A stretch of 24,459 bases of DNA from Nanobdellota archaeon. Lineage in GTDB: Archaea > Nanobdellota > Nanobdellia > Pacearchaeales > GW2011-AR1. Under the pieces are notes generated by a model. It saw only the letters and a list, made by a program, of their open reading frames with translations, had not been told where the DNA came from and did not search any database. Positions 9,088-17,982 of this stretch are shown here, piece by piece. Position numbers and translations under genes: made by a program. The DNA lies in assembly GCA_038045705.1 (NCBI GenBank), contig JBBSXO010000008.1:1-24459 (forward strand), given 5' to 3'. How positions within the stretch are numbered: position 1 is the stretch's first letter; every line of letters begins with the position of its first letter.

Positions 9088-9897
9088 GTGAATATACATC
9101 AAGAAAAGATAATTGAAAATTTAAAAAACCTAGAGAAAGAATTAGGAAGAAGACCAGTTAAAAGAGATAATGCAACTCTTTATTTTCTATCAAGAAAGCA
9201 CTTTGGAACTTGGAATAAAATGATGTCTACTGCAGGATATAAATGCAAATCAATTCAAAAACCAACAACTCCAAAAGAAATAACAAGAGAGTTAAGCTAT
9301 TTTCTAGGTTTAGTTTCTACAGATGGACACATGCAAGTCAAAAAAGAAAAAGGTCAATACAGGTTAATGGTTTATACAAGTGAAAAAGAGGAAGTTGATT
9401 TGATACTAAAACTAATCTTGCTATTATTCAATTACAAAGCATCAATTAGATTAAGAAAAACGGGCTTTAAGAATAGCAGACCCAATTATGAAATTTATAT
9501 GTCTTCTAAAGATGTGACTACATTCATGAAATCTTTAGAAATTCCTTCTGGAGCAAAATCTGAAAATATTAGACTTCCTACAATATTTTTTCGAAAAGAA
9601 GCATATATTTGGGACTATCTAAGAGGTGTTTTTGATGGAGATGGTTCAATTATCTTTAGTGGTCACAACCACATATTTAAGATTAGTTCTGGTTCGATAG
9701 GATTTCTTAAAGATTTACATAAGATATTAATAGAAAATGGATTTAACAATTTCAAAATATGGAAAGATAAAGGGAATGTATGGAATCTAAGAAATAATAC
9801 AAAAAGAGACATAGTAGATTTACATAATCAAATCTACAAAAATGCGTCGTTTTTCTATCCAAGAAAAAAATTAAAATGGGATAGCCAGTATATTTAA
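9088..9897 (+). CDS. Free-standing double-motif LAGLIDADG homing endonuclease with an N-terminal homing-endonuclease-associated repeat
   Basis: YFLGLVSTDG and YLRGVFDGDG; N-terminal ELGRRP...KHFGTWNKMM..AG; no intein Cys1 or terminal His-Asn; GTG start. Confidence 0.9.
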   Translation: MNIHQEKIIENLKNLEKELGRRPVKRDNATLYFLSRKHFGTWNKMMSTAGYKCKSIQKPTTPKEITRELSYFLGLVSTDGHMQVKKEKGQYRLMVYTSEKEEVDLILKLILLLFNYKASIRLRKTGFKNSRPNYEIYMSSKDVTTFMKSLEIPSGAKSENIRLPTIFFRKEAYIWDYLRGVFDGDGSIIFSGHNHIFKISSGSIGFLKDLHKILIENGFNNFKIWKDKGNVWNLRNNTKRDIVDLHNQIYKNASFFYPRKKLKWDSQYI

Positions 9898-9924
9898 AAA
9901 CGATAATCTTCACCTATTTATAAG

Positions 9925-10080
9925 CCTCCCATAACTCAACGGTAGAGTGACCGGCTGTAGGATAGCGCAGACTTTTCCCTTCCTTGGGAAAATAGTATGA
10001 AGCGCAATCAGAGTAATTTCGTTAGAAATTATAGGTTATGTAGAACCCGGTATACCCAAGTTCAACTCTTGGTGGGGGGA
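9925..10080 (+). tRNA. tRNA-Tyr(GTA) with 85-nt canonical 37/38 intron (9961-10045)
   Basis: Acceptor CCTCCCA/TGGGGGG (C1-G72), A73; anticodon stem ACCGG/CCGGT; BHB with central helix CTGT/GTAG, 3-nt bulges AGG and AAC, outer helix ATAGC/GTTAT; T-run follows at 10081. Confidence 0.95.
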
Positions 10081-10157
10081 TTTTTATTCATAAATCGATT
10101 TTATTGAAATGTTCAATAAAAAGGTTTATAAACAAAAGTTTAGTATAATAAACTAAT

Positions 10158-10694
10158 ATGGATTGGAATAAACTAAAGTTCACTAAATTAGAAAATAATA
10201 TCTTAGAGTTTTTATTTAGAAATCCAACAACTATTTTTAATGGTAAAGATTTATCCACTAAACTAAAAGTCTCTCAAACAGCAATATCTAAATCAGTAAA
10301 AAATCTTAGCAGAATAGAGTTATTAGATGTAAAAAAAAGAATTTTATTATCTATAAAACTAAATAGAGAAGATAAAGATATCTTTAGTTTGAAAAGAATA
10401 TTTAATTTAAAAGAAATGTATGCAAGTGGGCTAATCAAAAAACTATCTACTGAATTTCCAGGTTCCGCAATAGTTTTGTTTGGTAGCTATTCTTACGGTG
10501 AAGATACTGAAGAATCCGATATAGATATAGCAGTAATTGGTTATATGGAAAAGGATATTAATCTGAAAGGTTTTGAAGCTAAGTTACAAAGGGAAATCCA
10601 GATTCATTTCTTCAAAAAAAATGAAGATATTCATAAAAACTTGAAAGAAAATATTATTAATGGAATCATATTGGATGGAGCATTAAGCCTATGA
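10158..10694 (+). CDS. HTH-fused minimal nucleotidyltransferase (MNT antitoxin)
   Basis: N-terminal wHTH (LSTKLKVSQTAISK); FGSYSYGEDTEESDIDIAV motif. Confidence 0.92.
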   Translation: MDWNKLKFTKLENNILEFLFRNPTTIFNGKDLSTKLKVSQTAISKSVKNLSRIELLDVKKRILLSIKLNREDKDIFSLKRIFNLKEMYASGLIKKLSTEFPGSAIVLFGSYSYGEDTEESDIDIAVIGYMEKDINLKGFEAKLQREIQIHFFKKNEDIHKNLKENIINGIILDGALSL

Positions 10695-11106
10695 GATCAT
10701 TCCAAGAATTTCTTAAATCTGGTTTGGTAAAGAAAAAGAAAAAGATGAAGCACGAGCCAAAAGTTTAGTTGAAGGAGCTGAAAATAGAAAAAGAGTTCTT
10801 GAAAAATATCTACCTCTAAATAATGAAACAACGATACATATTATAGAAGAATGTTATGATATTATTAGAGAATTGCTAGAATCAAAGTTAAGCAAAGATG
10901 GTTATAAAAGTTATAATCACGAAGCAGTTATTTCTTACTTGACAGAACTAGGTTTTACTAAGGAAGAAGTTATTTTTGTAGATAAACTACGTGAGATAAG
11001 ACATGGCACTAAATATTATGGTAAGACTGTAAATGAAGAGTATGCTCAAAAAGTAAAAGAATTTTTGGAGAAGATATATGATAGGTTAAAAAATTTACTT
11101 CAATAG
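10691..11106 (+). pseudogene. HEPN-domain toxin split by a -1 frameshift near 10733-10744
   Basis: ATGA overlap with the MNT stop; MRSFQEFLKSGLVKKKKK continues in the -1 frame as DEARAKSL...YDIIRELL...NHEAVISYL...LREIRHGTKYYG. Confidence 0.8.
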
Positions 11107-11145
11107 ATAGCAATAATTTATAATCTAAAGGATAAATAAAATAAT

Positions 11146-11907
11146 ATGTTCATAGACGTTCACTGCCACTTAGATAAGCTAATTGAAAAAGGAATTAGTG
11201 CAGAAAAGGCCATTAAAAATGCTAAAGCAAAGGGCGTAGATATAATGATTGTAAATGGCACAGACCATGAACAAAACACAATAATCCTAAATTTAGCCAA
11301 AAAATATCCTGAAATAAAACCAGCTCTAGGAATCTACCCAATAGATGCACTAAAACTATCAGAATCAGAAATAGATGAAGAAATAGAATTCATAAATAAA
11401 AATAAGAATTTAATTATTGCAATAGGAGAAATTGGTCTAGATTTAAATGAAGAAGAATTACATAAAACACTAGATAAACAAAAAAACAATCTCACAAAGT
11501 TTGTAAGTTTAGCAATCAAATTAAAAAAACCAGTAATCATACATTCAAGAAAAGCAGAATTGCATACAATAGAACTACTAGAATCTCTAAATGCAAAAAA
11601 AGTAGTTATGCATTGTTTCTCTGGAAAAATGTCATTAGTAGATAGAATAGTAAAAAACGGTTGGCTATTAAGTATTCCAGCAAACTCTCACTACAGCCAA
11701 CAATTTCAAGATGTAATAAAGAGAGTTCCAATTAAAAATTTATTATGTGAAACAGACTCCCCATACTTACACCCATTAAAAGAATGGCCAAACGAACCAG
11801 CAAATGTAGTTTACAGCTACAAAAAAATAGCAGAAATAAAAAATACTACATTGAAAGAAGCAGAAAAAGAGATAGAAAACAATTATAATAATTTATTTGG
11901 AAAATAA
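11146..11907 (+). CDS. tatD: TatD family nuclease
   Basis: DVHCHL, IGEIGLD, IIHSR, VMHCF, ETDSPY. Confidence 0.96.
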   Translation: MFIDVHCHLDKLIEKGISAEKAIKNAKAKGVDIMIVNGTDHEQNTIILNLAKKYPEIKPALGIYPIDALKLSESEIDEEIEFINKNKNLIIAIGEIGLDLNEEELHKTLDKQKNNLTKFVSLAIKLKKPVIIHSRKAELHTIELLESLNAKKVVMHCFSGKMSLVDRIVKNGWLLSIPANSHYSQQFQDVIKRVPIKNLLCETDSPYLHPLKEWPNEPANVVYSYKKIAEIKNTTLKEAEKEIENNYNNLFGK

Positions 11908-11958
11908 GAAGTATCTTATCTAGAGTAGATTTATTAACTTAATTTACCAAAATGTTCT

Positions 11959-12216
11959 ATGCTTATAATAAACATATTAGGATGGGCAGGAGCTTTTCTA
12001 CTACTACTGGCTTATTTCTTATTAATCCATAAAAATCTTACAAGCCGTTCAAAAATGTACCAATGGATGAATATAATTGGTTCTTTAATGCTAGGTGTAA
12101 ATACTCTTATGTTGAAAGCATATCCATCTTTTTTAACAAATATAATCTGGTTCTTTATAGGATTATATGGTATTTTCCACATAGTAAAAAATAGAAAACA
12201 AAAAATAAATGAATAA
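11959..12216 (+). CDS. CBU_0592-like small membrane protein
   Basis: LGWAGA.LLL.AY, YQWMNIIGS, AYP...NIIW. Confidence 0.8.
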   Translation: MLIINILGWAGAFLLLLAYFLLIHKNLTSRSKMYQWMNIIGSLMLGVNTLMLKAYPSFLTNIIWFFIGLYGIFHIVKNRKQKINE

Positions 12217-12820
12217 AAAAGCTATAACTAACACTAAAACACTAAATCTAATAGGATCGCTCTTCATTATTTGGGGAATAGCAGCGATTATAAGCAATAT
12301 CTTAAAAGCTGATACAGGAATTGCTCCGCTTCTCTGGATGAGTTACATATGTTTAATCATTTTAGGAATAGGAATTCTAAAAAAAGATTCTTCATTAATA
12401 GCAAGTCAAGTAGTAATAATAGGATTTCCATATATTTTATGGAATATAGATTTCTTTCATCACTTGTTTACTGGAAATAGTTTGTTTGGAATAACAGACT
12501 ACTTTTTCAAAAACAGCACGCCATTTGAGGAAAAAATAATATCTTTTCAACATATTTTTAATATTCCTCTAAGCTTATACTCTATTCACTTAATTGGCAT
12601 TAAAAGAAAAGATTTCTGGATAATAAGCATAATACAGATAATATTAATATTTCTAATTACAAGAATGGTGACAGACTATGAAAAAAATGTAAACTGTGTA
12701 TATCATAACTGTGCAAATTTCACATTTGGTCTTCCATATGTAATAGAATGGTTTCTATCGATGATTATAATGATATCATTAACTAGTTGGTTTCTAGTCA
12801 AGATATTTAAGAAAAAATAA
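12209..12820 (+). CDS. Multi-pass membrane protein
   Basis: About six TM segments; WMSYIC, QH and NVNC motifs. Confidence 0.8.
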   Translation: MNKKAITNTKTLNLIGSLFIIWGIAAIISNILKADTGIAPLLWMSYICLIILGIGILKKDSSLIASQVVIIGFPYILWNIDFFHHLFTGNSLFGITDYFFKNSTPFEEKIISFQHIFNIPLSLYSIHLIGIKRKDFWIISIIQIILIFLITRMVTDYEKNVNCVYHNCANFTFGLPYVIEWFLSMIIMISLTSWFLVKIFKKK

Positions 12821-12838
12821 AATAAAAATAAAATAAAT

Positions 12839-13588
12839 TTAGAGTTTTACAAACTGGCAATTAGTTACGGCCCAGTCATCTCCATCTAATTCTGCATCAA
12901 TAGCAGATTCAAATGTTTGAACAGGACATGCTCCACTAATAATTCTTCCATTTATGAAGAATCCAGGTGTTCCTTGTATTCCAATTTGAGCTCCATAATT
13001 CATATTGCTTTGAACTTCATCAGCAAACTTACCACTTGATAAACAAGAGGCAAAATCAGCAGAATCAAGATTCATTTGATTAGCATATTCTTTAAATGCT
13101 GTTTCTCCTCCAGCAACTCCACTTTCGAAAAGCAAGTCATGCATTTCATAATAAGCAGAGTCTCCACCTTGATCTCTAGCGCAGTGAGCAGCTTCAGAAG
13201 CTTTCTGTGCTTGAGTATGAAATGGTAGCGGATAATCCATAGTTACAAGTTTAACTTCTCCAGCTTGAATACGAGCATCAATTGCACTTCCTGTTTGCAT
13301 AAAATGCCTTTGACAGAAAGGACACTCATAATCTGTAAACTCTACAAATGTAACAGGAGCATTTCCTTCTCCTTTTACAGGAGCTCCGTCAATCTCAACT
13401 TCTATTTTAGCAGTTGGCTCAGAAGGTAAAACTTGTCCAGGTTGCTGAACTACAGCTCCAGTTGGACTATTACCAGGTAAAACATAAAATGCGACTCCTA
13501 AAATAACAACACCTAGTAAAATAAATGTTGAATACTTCCAAAGCGTATCTTTTCTTATTGTAATTGTTTCACTTTTTTGTGATTCCAT
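12839..13588 (-). CDS. Membrane-anchored DsbA-family thioredoxin-fold oxidoreductase
   Basis: EFTDYECPFC, YPLPFH, GTPGFFING; probable ATG at 13588 preceded by SD-like GGGGGT. Confidence 0.93.
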   Translation of the reverse strand: MESQKSETITIRKDTLWKYSTFILLGVVILGVAFYVLPGNSPTGAVVQQPGQVLPSEPTAKIEVEIDGAPVKGEGNAPVTFVEFTDYECPFCQRHFMQTGSAIDARIQAGEVKLVTMDYPLPFHTQAQKASEAAHCARDQGGDSAYYEMHDLLFESGVAGGETAFKEYANQMNLDSADFASCLSSGKFADEVQSNMNYGAQIGIQGTPGFFINGRIISGACPVQTFESAIDAELDGDDWAVTNCQFVKL

Positions 13589-13677
13589 ATTAAAACCCCC
13601 TTTCACTTTCTTACTATCCATAAAGAAAACTGAATAACATCTTTAATAAAGGTTTTGTTAGGTTCAAAAGAAGTTGC

Positions 13678-14217
13678 TTAAATCCGTTTATTTAACCTTA
13701 TAGAACAAGTATTTTTACTTACCTTACCAGCAATACTCCAATTAGCAAAACTAAGTAAAAGAAAAGCAATAACTGAAATTTCAGTACCTTGAAAAGGTAA
13801 TGCAACCACAAATCCAGCGAGTCCGAAGAGAGAAGCAATACCTAAACCACAAGCAACACATCCAGGAGCAAGAATCCCTAAAAATATTCCAATATTTCCA
13901 GCAATAGATGTTTTATCTTGGAGCTTCTTAACCTGCTTAGTTTTATATGATGCAAGAGATATATAAGAACCAAAGAGCAAAGCAGTCAAAATCATAATTA
14001 TAGCAGAAAACAAACCAATAGTAACAGGGAATCCAACAAAATAAAGAACTAATAACTTAAGAAAAATGAAAGAATCGTAATTCATAAATATCCATTTAAA
14101 TTCAGAAAGGTCAGTTAAAACTACACTGAACAAATAAAAAAACAAAGCAGAAGAAAGCATTAAAACTAAATAATGTAATTTAGAAAAAACTTCTTTGAAA
14201 CCTTTAATAGAGCTCAT
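13678..14217 (-). CDS. Membrane protein with intramembrane CxxC
   Basis: Four to five TM segments; PGCVACG and a C-terminal Cys. Confidence 0.8.
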   Translation of the reverse strand: MSSIKGFKEVFSKLHYLVLMLSSALFFYLFSVVLTDLSEFKWIFMNYDSFIFLKLLVLYFVGFPVTIGLFSAIIMILTALLFGSYISLASYKTKQVKKLQDKTSIAGNIGIFLGILAPGCVACGLGIASLFGLAGFVVALPFQGTEISVIAFLLLSFANWSIAGKVSKNTCSIRLNKRI

Positions 14218-14438
14218 ATTAATTTTATCCTCTTTAGTCCAGTAAACACAAAAAACAAAGCGATTAGCAAATATAAAACTAATACAAAAAAACTATGAAA
14301 TATTATGACTCCTAATAAACTATCTCTTACAACATAATTACTGCCATTATCAATATCAAATCTTAAAAAATAACTAAATAAAATTAAAATAAATATAAAA
14401 ATCCCGAAAAAGAACCTAAATCTACTAACTAATTTCAT
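14214..14438 (-). CDS. Small two-TM membrane protein
   Basis: Hydrophobic ORF overlapping the next start by 4 nt; probable ATG at 14438. Confidence 0.6.
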   Translation of the reverse strand: MKLVSRFRFFFGIFIFILILFSYFLRFDIDNGSNYVVRDSLLGVIIFHSFFVLVLYLLIALFFVFTGLKRIKLI

Positions 14439-14462
14439 AAAACTAAAAATCAAAGTGACTTT

Positions 14463-14681
14463 TTATTGTTTTTGATCGCTAAAATATTTAGAAGAATCAG
14501 GCTTACGATAATTATATCTAAACTCGTCTCTTTCTCGTGGTTTAAATGGAATACAACTGCGATCATCAAAAAATGGTATTCTACCAGCTATTTCCAGAAG
14601 ATTAATTACGGGATAAAGTCCGCAAGAGTCCCTACGAACTAAAGAAACTCTAACAGCACCATTTCCAAGCCTCTTACCCAT
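14463..14681 (-). CDS. Hypothetical protein
   Basis: Fills the gap between neighbours; probable ATG at 14681. Confidence 0.5.
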   Translation of the reverse strand: MGKRLGNGAVRVSLVRRDSCGLYPVINLLEIAGRIPFFDDRSCIPFKPRERDEFRYNYRKPDSSKYFSDQKQ

Positions 14682-14734
14682 AACAAGAAAATGAAACAAC
14701 TCTTTTTATGTTTATCTATAAATCAGAACAAAAA

Positions 14735-15208
14735 TTACCAACCGTAAGTATAGTATCTATGCCCAGAATATCCATGACCATACCCACCATAATTTCTATA
14801 GCGATTTCTGTTTTCTTCCTCAATTCTTTTCAATTCAAGTTGATATTCATATTTTGAGTTCTGTTGATAAGTCTTAAAAGCTTCTTTAAAGATTTTATCA
14901 CGATCGTAACTATTTGCATCTTTATGAGCATTATACCCATAATATTCTACATATTGATAATCATAAAGAGCTGTTCTTTTGCATTTTCTGGCATTATAAG
15001 TCCAATCCTTATAACCACAATCAATTCCATATTTATCTTCAGGGAATGCTAAAGCAAAGCCTCTATGTTCGCCTTTATGATCCTCTGTATAAACTAAACT
15101 ATCAGTATATGTATAAGTATTATAAAAATGAGAGGCACTTACATTAGAAATAGAAAATAAAAACAAGAAAGACAATACAAATAGAGTCATTTTAGAGTAG
15201 TTCTTCAT
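14735..15208 (-). CDS. Secreted Tyr-rich hypothetical protein
   Basis: Signal peptide ending NVSA; Tyr/Gly-rich tail; two Cys. Confidence 0.75.
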   Translation of the reverse strand: MKNYSKMTLFVLSFLFLFSISNVSASHFYNTYTYTDSLVYTEDHKGEHRGFALAFPEDKYGIDCGYKDWTYNARKCKRTALYDYQYVEYYGYNAHKDANSYDRDKIFKEAFKTYQQNSKYEYQLELKRIEEENRNRYRNYGGYGHGYSGHRYYTYGW

Positions 15209-15265
15209 AAAAATACCAGTTCGTTTAATTATATAAATGTTTTGTTTAACAAAAATGTTGCAAGT

Positions 15266-15598
15266 TTAGGGTATTACTTTTAGTCTATCTGAAGATGCAA
15301 ATCTAATCTGATATTCAAGTAAAAGATCATCAAGCTTAGAAAATAAACCTTTTTTAAAGCCCTCTCCAAAGAGATAACCTCTAACAACTTTAAGATCTTG
15401 AGGTGGGACCATTCCATCTCTATCAAATTGATCCAATCTAGATCTATAAAATTCTGAGAAATAAGCTAGTTGTTTTTTAACACTAGGAAGATCCATCCTA
15501 TTAAGAGCTCTATTTAACGCCAATTCAACAACATCTGTTAAAGTTTTAACATCTTCATATATATCAAGTCTATGTCTAGTTAGTTTAATATCTCTCAT
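15266..15598 (-). CDS. Hypothetical helical protein
   Basis: Probable ATG at 15598 (MRDIKL) overlapping the upstream stop by 14 nt; start is uncertain. Confidence 0.6.
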   Translation of the reverse strand: MRDIKLTRHRLDIYEDVKTLTDVVELALNRALNRMDLPSVKKQLAYFSEFYRSRLDQFDRDGMVPPQDLKVVRGYLFGEGFKKGLFSKLDDLLLEYQIRFASSDRLKVIP

Positions 15599-15809
15599 TT
15601 TCTCTCTTAGCAGCCTCACCATCTCTTTTAATAGCTTCAGCATCTCTTTGAAACATATTCCTCTGATATCCAAAAAAATCACCAAAAAGACCTTCTACGA
15701 ACAAGTATAAAAATGTTTTCGGTTGATTCATCAAATCAAAGTCCTCTCCATGAGTAGGACGTGTAACTACATAACGCTCTCTTTCTGAACCAACATTATC
15801 ATTTTCCAT
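15585..15809 (-). CDS. Hypothetical protein
   Basis: ATG start with TTTAAA about 25 nt upstream. Confidence 0.6.
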   Translation of the reverse strand: MENDNVGSERERYVVTRPTHGEDFDLMNQPKTFLYLFVEGLFGDFFGYQRNMFQRDAEAIKRDGEAAKRENERY

Positions 15810-15912
15810 AAAAATCGGTGTTTTTACACTATTTAAATCTTACTATTAATGTCATAAACTAGTAGTAACAGATAAAACAAAAGTTTAATATTAATAAAAT
15901 CTAATCAATTTA

Positions 15913-16290
15913 ATGAATGAAAAAGATTGGAAAAATAAACTAACAAAAGAACAATATCACATCTTAAGAGAAAAAGGAACTGAAAAACCATTTACGGGAA
16001 AATTCTATGATAATAAAGAAAAAGGAATGTATACTTGTGTAGCTTGTGGAAATGAGTTATTTGATTCCAATGTAAAGTTTGATTCAGGAACAGGTTGGCC
16101 TAGTTTCTATGATGCAAAACCTGAAGCAGTTAAATTCATAGAAGATAATAGTTTAGGGATAAGTAGAATAGAAGTAGTCTGTACAAAATGTGGAGGCCAT
16201 TTAGGTCATGTTTTCAACGATGGTCCTGAGAACAAAACCGGGAAAAGATTCTGCATAAACTCTTGTTCGCTAAATTTCAAGAAAAAATAG
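15913..16290 (+). CDS. msrB: Peptide-methionine (R)-S-oxide reductase
   Basis: GTEKPF, CVAC, SGTGWPSF, CTKCGGHLGHVF.DGP, RFCINS. Confidence 0.98.
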   Translation: MNEKDWKNKLTKEQYHILREKGTEKPFTGKFYDNKEKGMYTCVACGNELFDSNVKFDSGTGWPSFYDAKPEAVKFIEDNSLGISRIEVVCTKCGGHLGHVFNDGPENKTGKRFCINSCSLNFKKK

Positions 16291-16328
16291 ACCAATACTC
16301 TTAAATAAGCCAAGTCTAACAAAATAAT

Positions 16329-16964
16329 ATGAATTCAAACATAATAGACTCATTAAACTGGCGTTATGCAACAAAATCATTTGACGAATCAAAGAAAATA
16401 CCCGAACAGGATTTAGATGAATTACTTGAAGTAATACGTCTAGCCCCATCATCATTTGGATTACAACCATGGAAATTCATAGTTGTAGAAAGCAAAGAAC
16501 TAAGAATCAAAATAAAAGAAAAAGCATGGGATCAACCTCAAGTAACTGAAGCATCCCATTTAATAGTAATATGTGCTAAAACAGACGTCTCTGAAGAATA
16601 CATAAAAGAATTCATCCATGATATAGCCAAAACAAGAAACATCCATACAGATTCACTAAAAGAATATGAGGATATGATGATAGGTTTTAGAAAGGGTAGA
16701 TCAAAAGAAGAGATAGTTGAATGGGCAAAGAGACAAACTTACATACCTCTAGGAATGTTACTACAATCAGCTGCAATGAAAAAAATAGATGCTTCTCCAA
16801 TGGAAGGCTTTGATCCAAAAGGAGTTGATGAAGTTCTAAACTTAACTAAAAATGGTTTAACTTCTGTAGTTTTATGTGCTCTTGGTCATAGATCTGAAAA
16901 AGACCATACATCACAATATAAAAAAGTTAGACACTCTAATTCAAGAGTAGTTGAAAAAAGATAA
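16329..16964 (+). CDS. NfsB-like NAD(P)H nitroreductase
   Basis: WRYATK.FD, APSSFGLQPWKF, SPMEGFD. Confidence 0.95.
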   Translation: MNSNIIDSLNWRYATKSFDESKKIPEQDLDELLEVIRLAPSSFGLQPWKFIVVESKELRIKIKEKAWDQPQVTEASHLIVICAKTDVSEEYIKEFIHDIAKTRNIHTDSLKEYEDMMIGFRKGRSKEEIVEWAKRQTYIPLGMLLQSAAMKKIDASPMEGFDPKGVDEVLNLTKNGLTSVVLCALGHRSEKDHTSQYKKVRHSNSRVVEKR

Positions 16965-16993
16965 TTTATATATCTTAAAAAATTAATAAGACT

Positions 16994-17932
16994 ATGAATA
17001 AAAATGGTGGATTTCTAGGAACATTATTTTTAATTTTGTCATTAGTTGCAGTGGGATATTCAGCATATTATCTATATCAAAACATCCCAAGAGAATCAAT
17101 TAATTTAGTAAACACAAACTCTCAACAAATAACCACAACAAATACTATACCAAGCAAACAGTTCTATGACAACATGAGGTATTCAGATAGAACAATAAAT
17201 TACCACATCTCGGAATCTTGCCCAGAAAACAAAGCAAATAGGACGAAAGAAGCACTAGATACAATAGAAGCAAAAACAGTTTTAATATTCAATCCAGTTT
17301 CAAAACCAAATTCTGTTCTAAATATTTTATGTTCCGACATTTCTCCTGAAGCAGAAGAAGAAAATCATTTTGTTGCTGGAGAAGGAGGACCATCTAGAGT
17401 CTTAAATTCAACATTATACTCCGTAATATTAGAAGGTAAAGTAGCATTGTACAGAGAAGGAACGTGCAATAATGCTAATGTAGCAATACATGAATTATTA
17501 CATGCATTAGGTTTTGACCATAATAACAATAGAAGAAGTATATTATACCCTACATTAGAATGTGATCAAGAAATAGATCAAGAAATAATTGATAGCATAA
17601 ACGAGCTGTACGGAGTAGAATCTCTCCCAGATCTAACATTTGACAAAGTTAATGCAACAAAAAGCGGTAGATACCTAAACTTTCATATAGAAGTTCTAAA
17701 TAGAGGATTAATATCTGCAAACAACGCAGTTGTAGGAATCTATGCAGATAATAAATTTATTGAAACTTTCGATTTAAACACGATTTCAATAGGTGCAAAA
17801 AAGATAATTGATGTAGGAAATCTAAAAGTACCTCTAAATGCAGAAAACATAGAATTTGTAATTGACTATGGTGAAGAAATAGCAGAGTTATATGAAAATA
17901 ATAATAAAATTGCATTAATGAATACAATTTAA
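16994..17932 (+). CDS. Membrane-anchored matrixin-like zinc metalloprotease with C-terminal CARDB domain
   Basis: N-terminal TM; HELLHALGFDH; PDL...E..ENNN CARDB signature. Confidence 0.9.
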   Translation: MNKNGGFLGTLFLILSLVAVGYSAYYLYQNIPRESINLVNTNSQQITTTNTIPSKQFYDNMRYSDRTINYHISESCPENKANRTKEALDTIEAKTVLIFNPVSKPNSVLNILCSDISPEAEEENHFVAGEGGPSRVLNSTLYSVILEGKVALYREGTCNNANVAIHELLHALGFDHNNNRRSILYPTLECDQEIDQEIIDSINELYGVESLPDLTFDKVNATKSGRYLNFHIEVLNRGLISANNAVVGIYADNKFIETFDLNTISIGAKKIIDVGNLKVPLNAENIEFVIDYGEEIAELYENNNKIALMNTI

Positions 17933-17982
17933 TTATAAAAAAGATTTAGGATGCCTTCACTGTAAGGAAGTCTCGTAATCTC

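Noticed and set aside
8924-9924. LAGLIDADG gene as part of an intein or a giant tRNA intron
   Set aside because: No splicing residues or host exteins, no upstream tRNA half, and tRNA-Tyr is complete downstream
12815-12838. AAAAT-type short tandem repeat
   Set aside because: Low-complexity T-rich terminator zone between convergent genes
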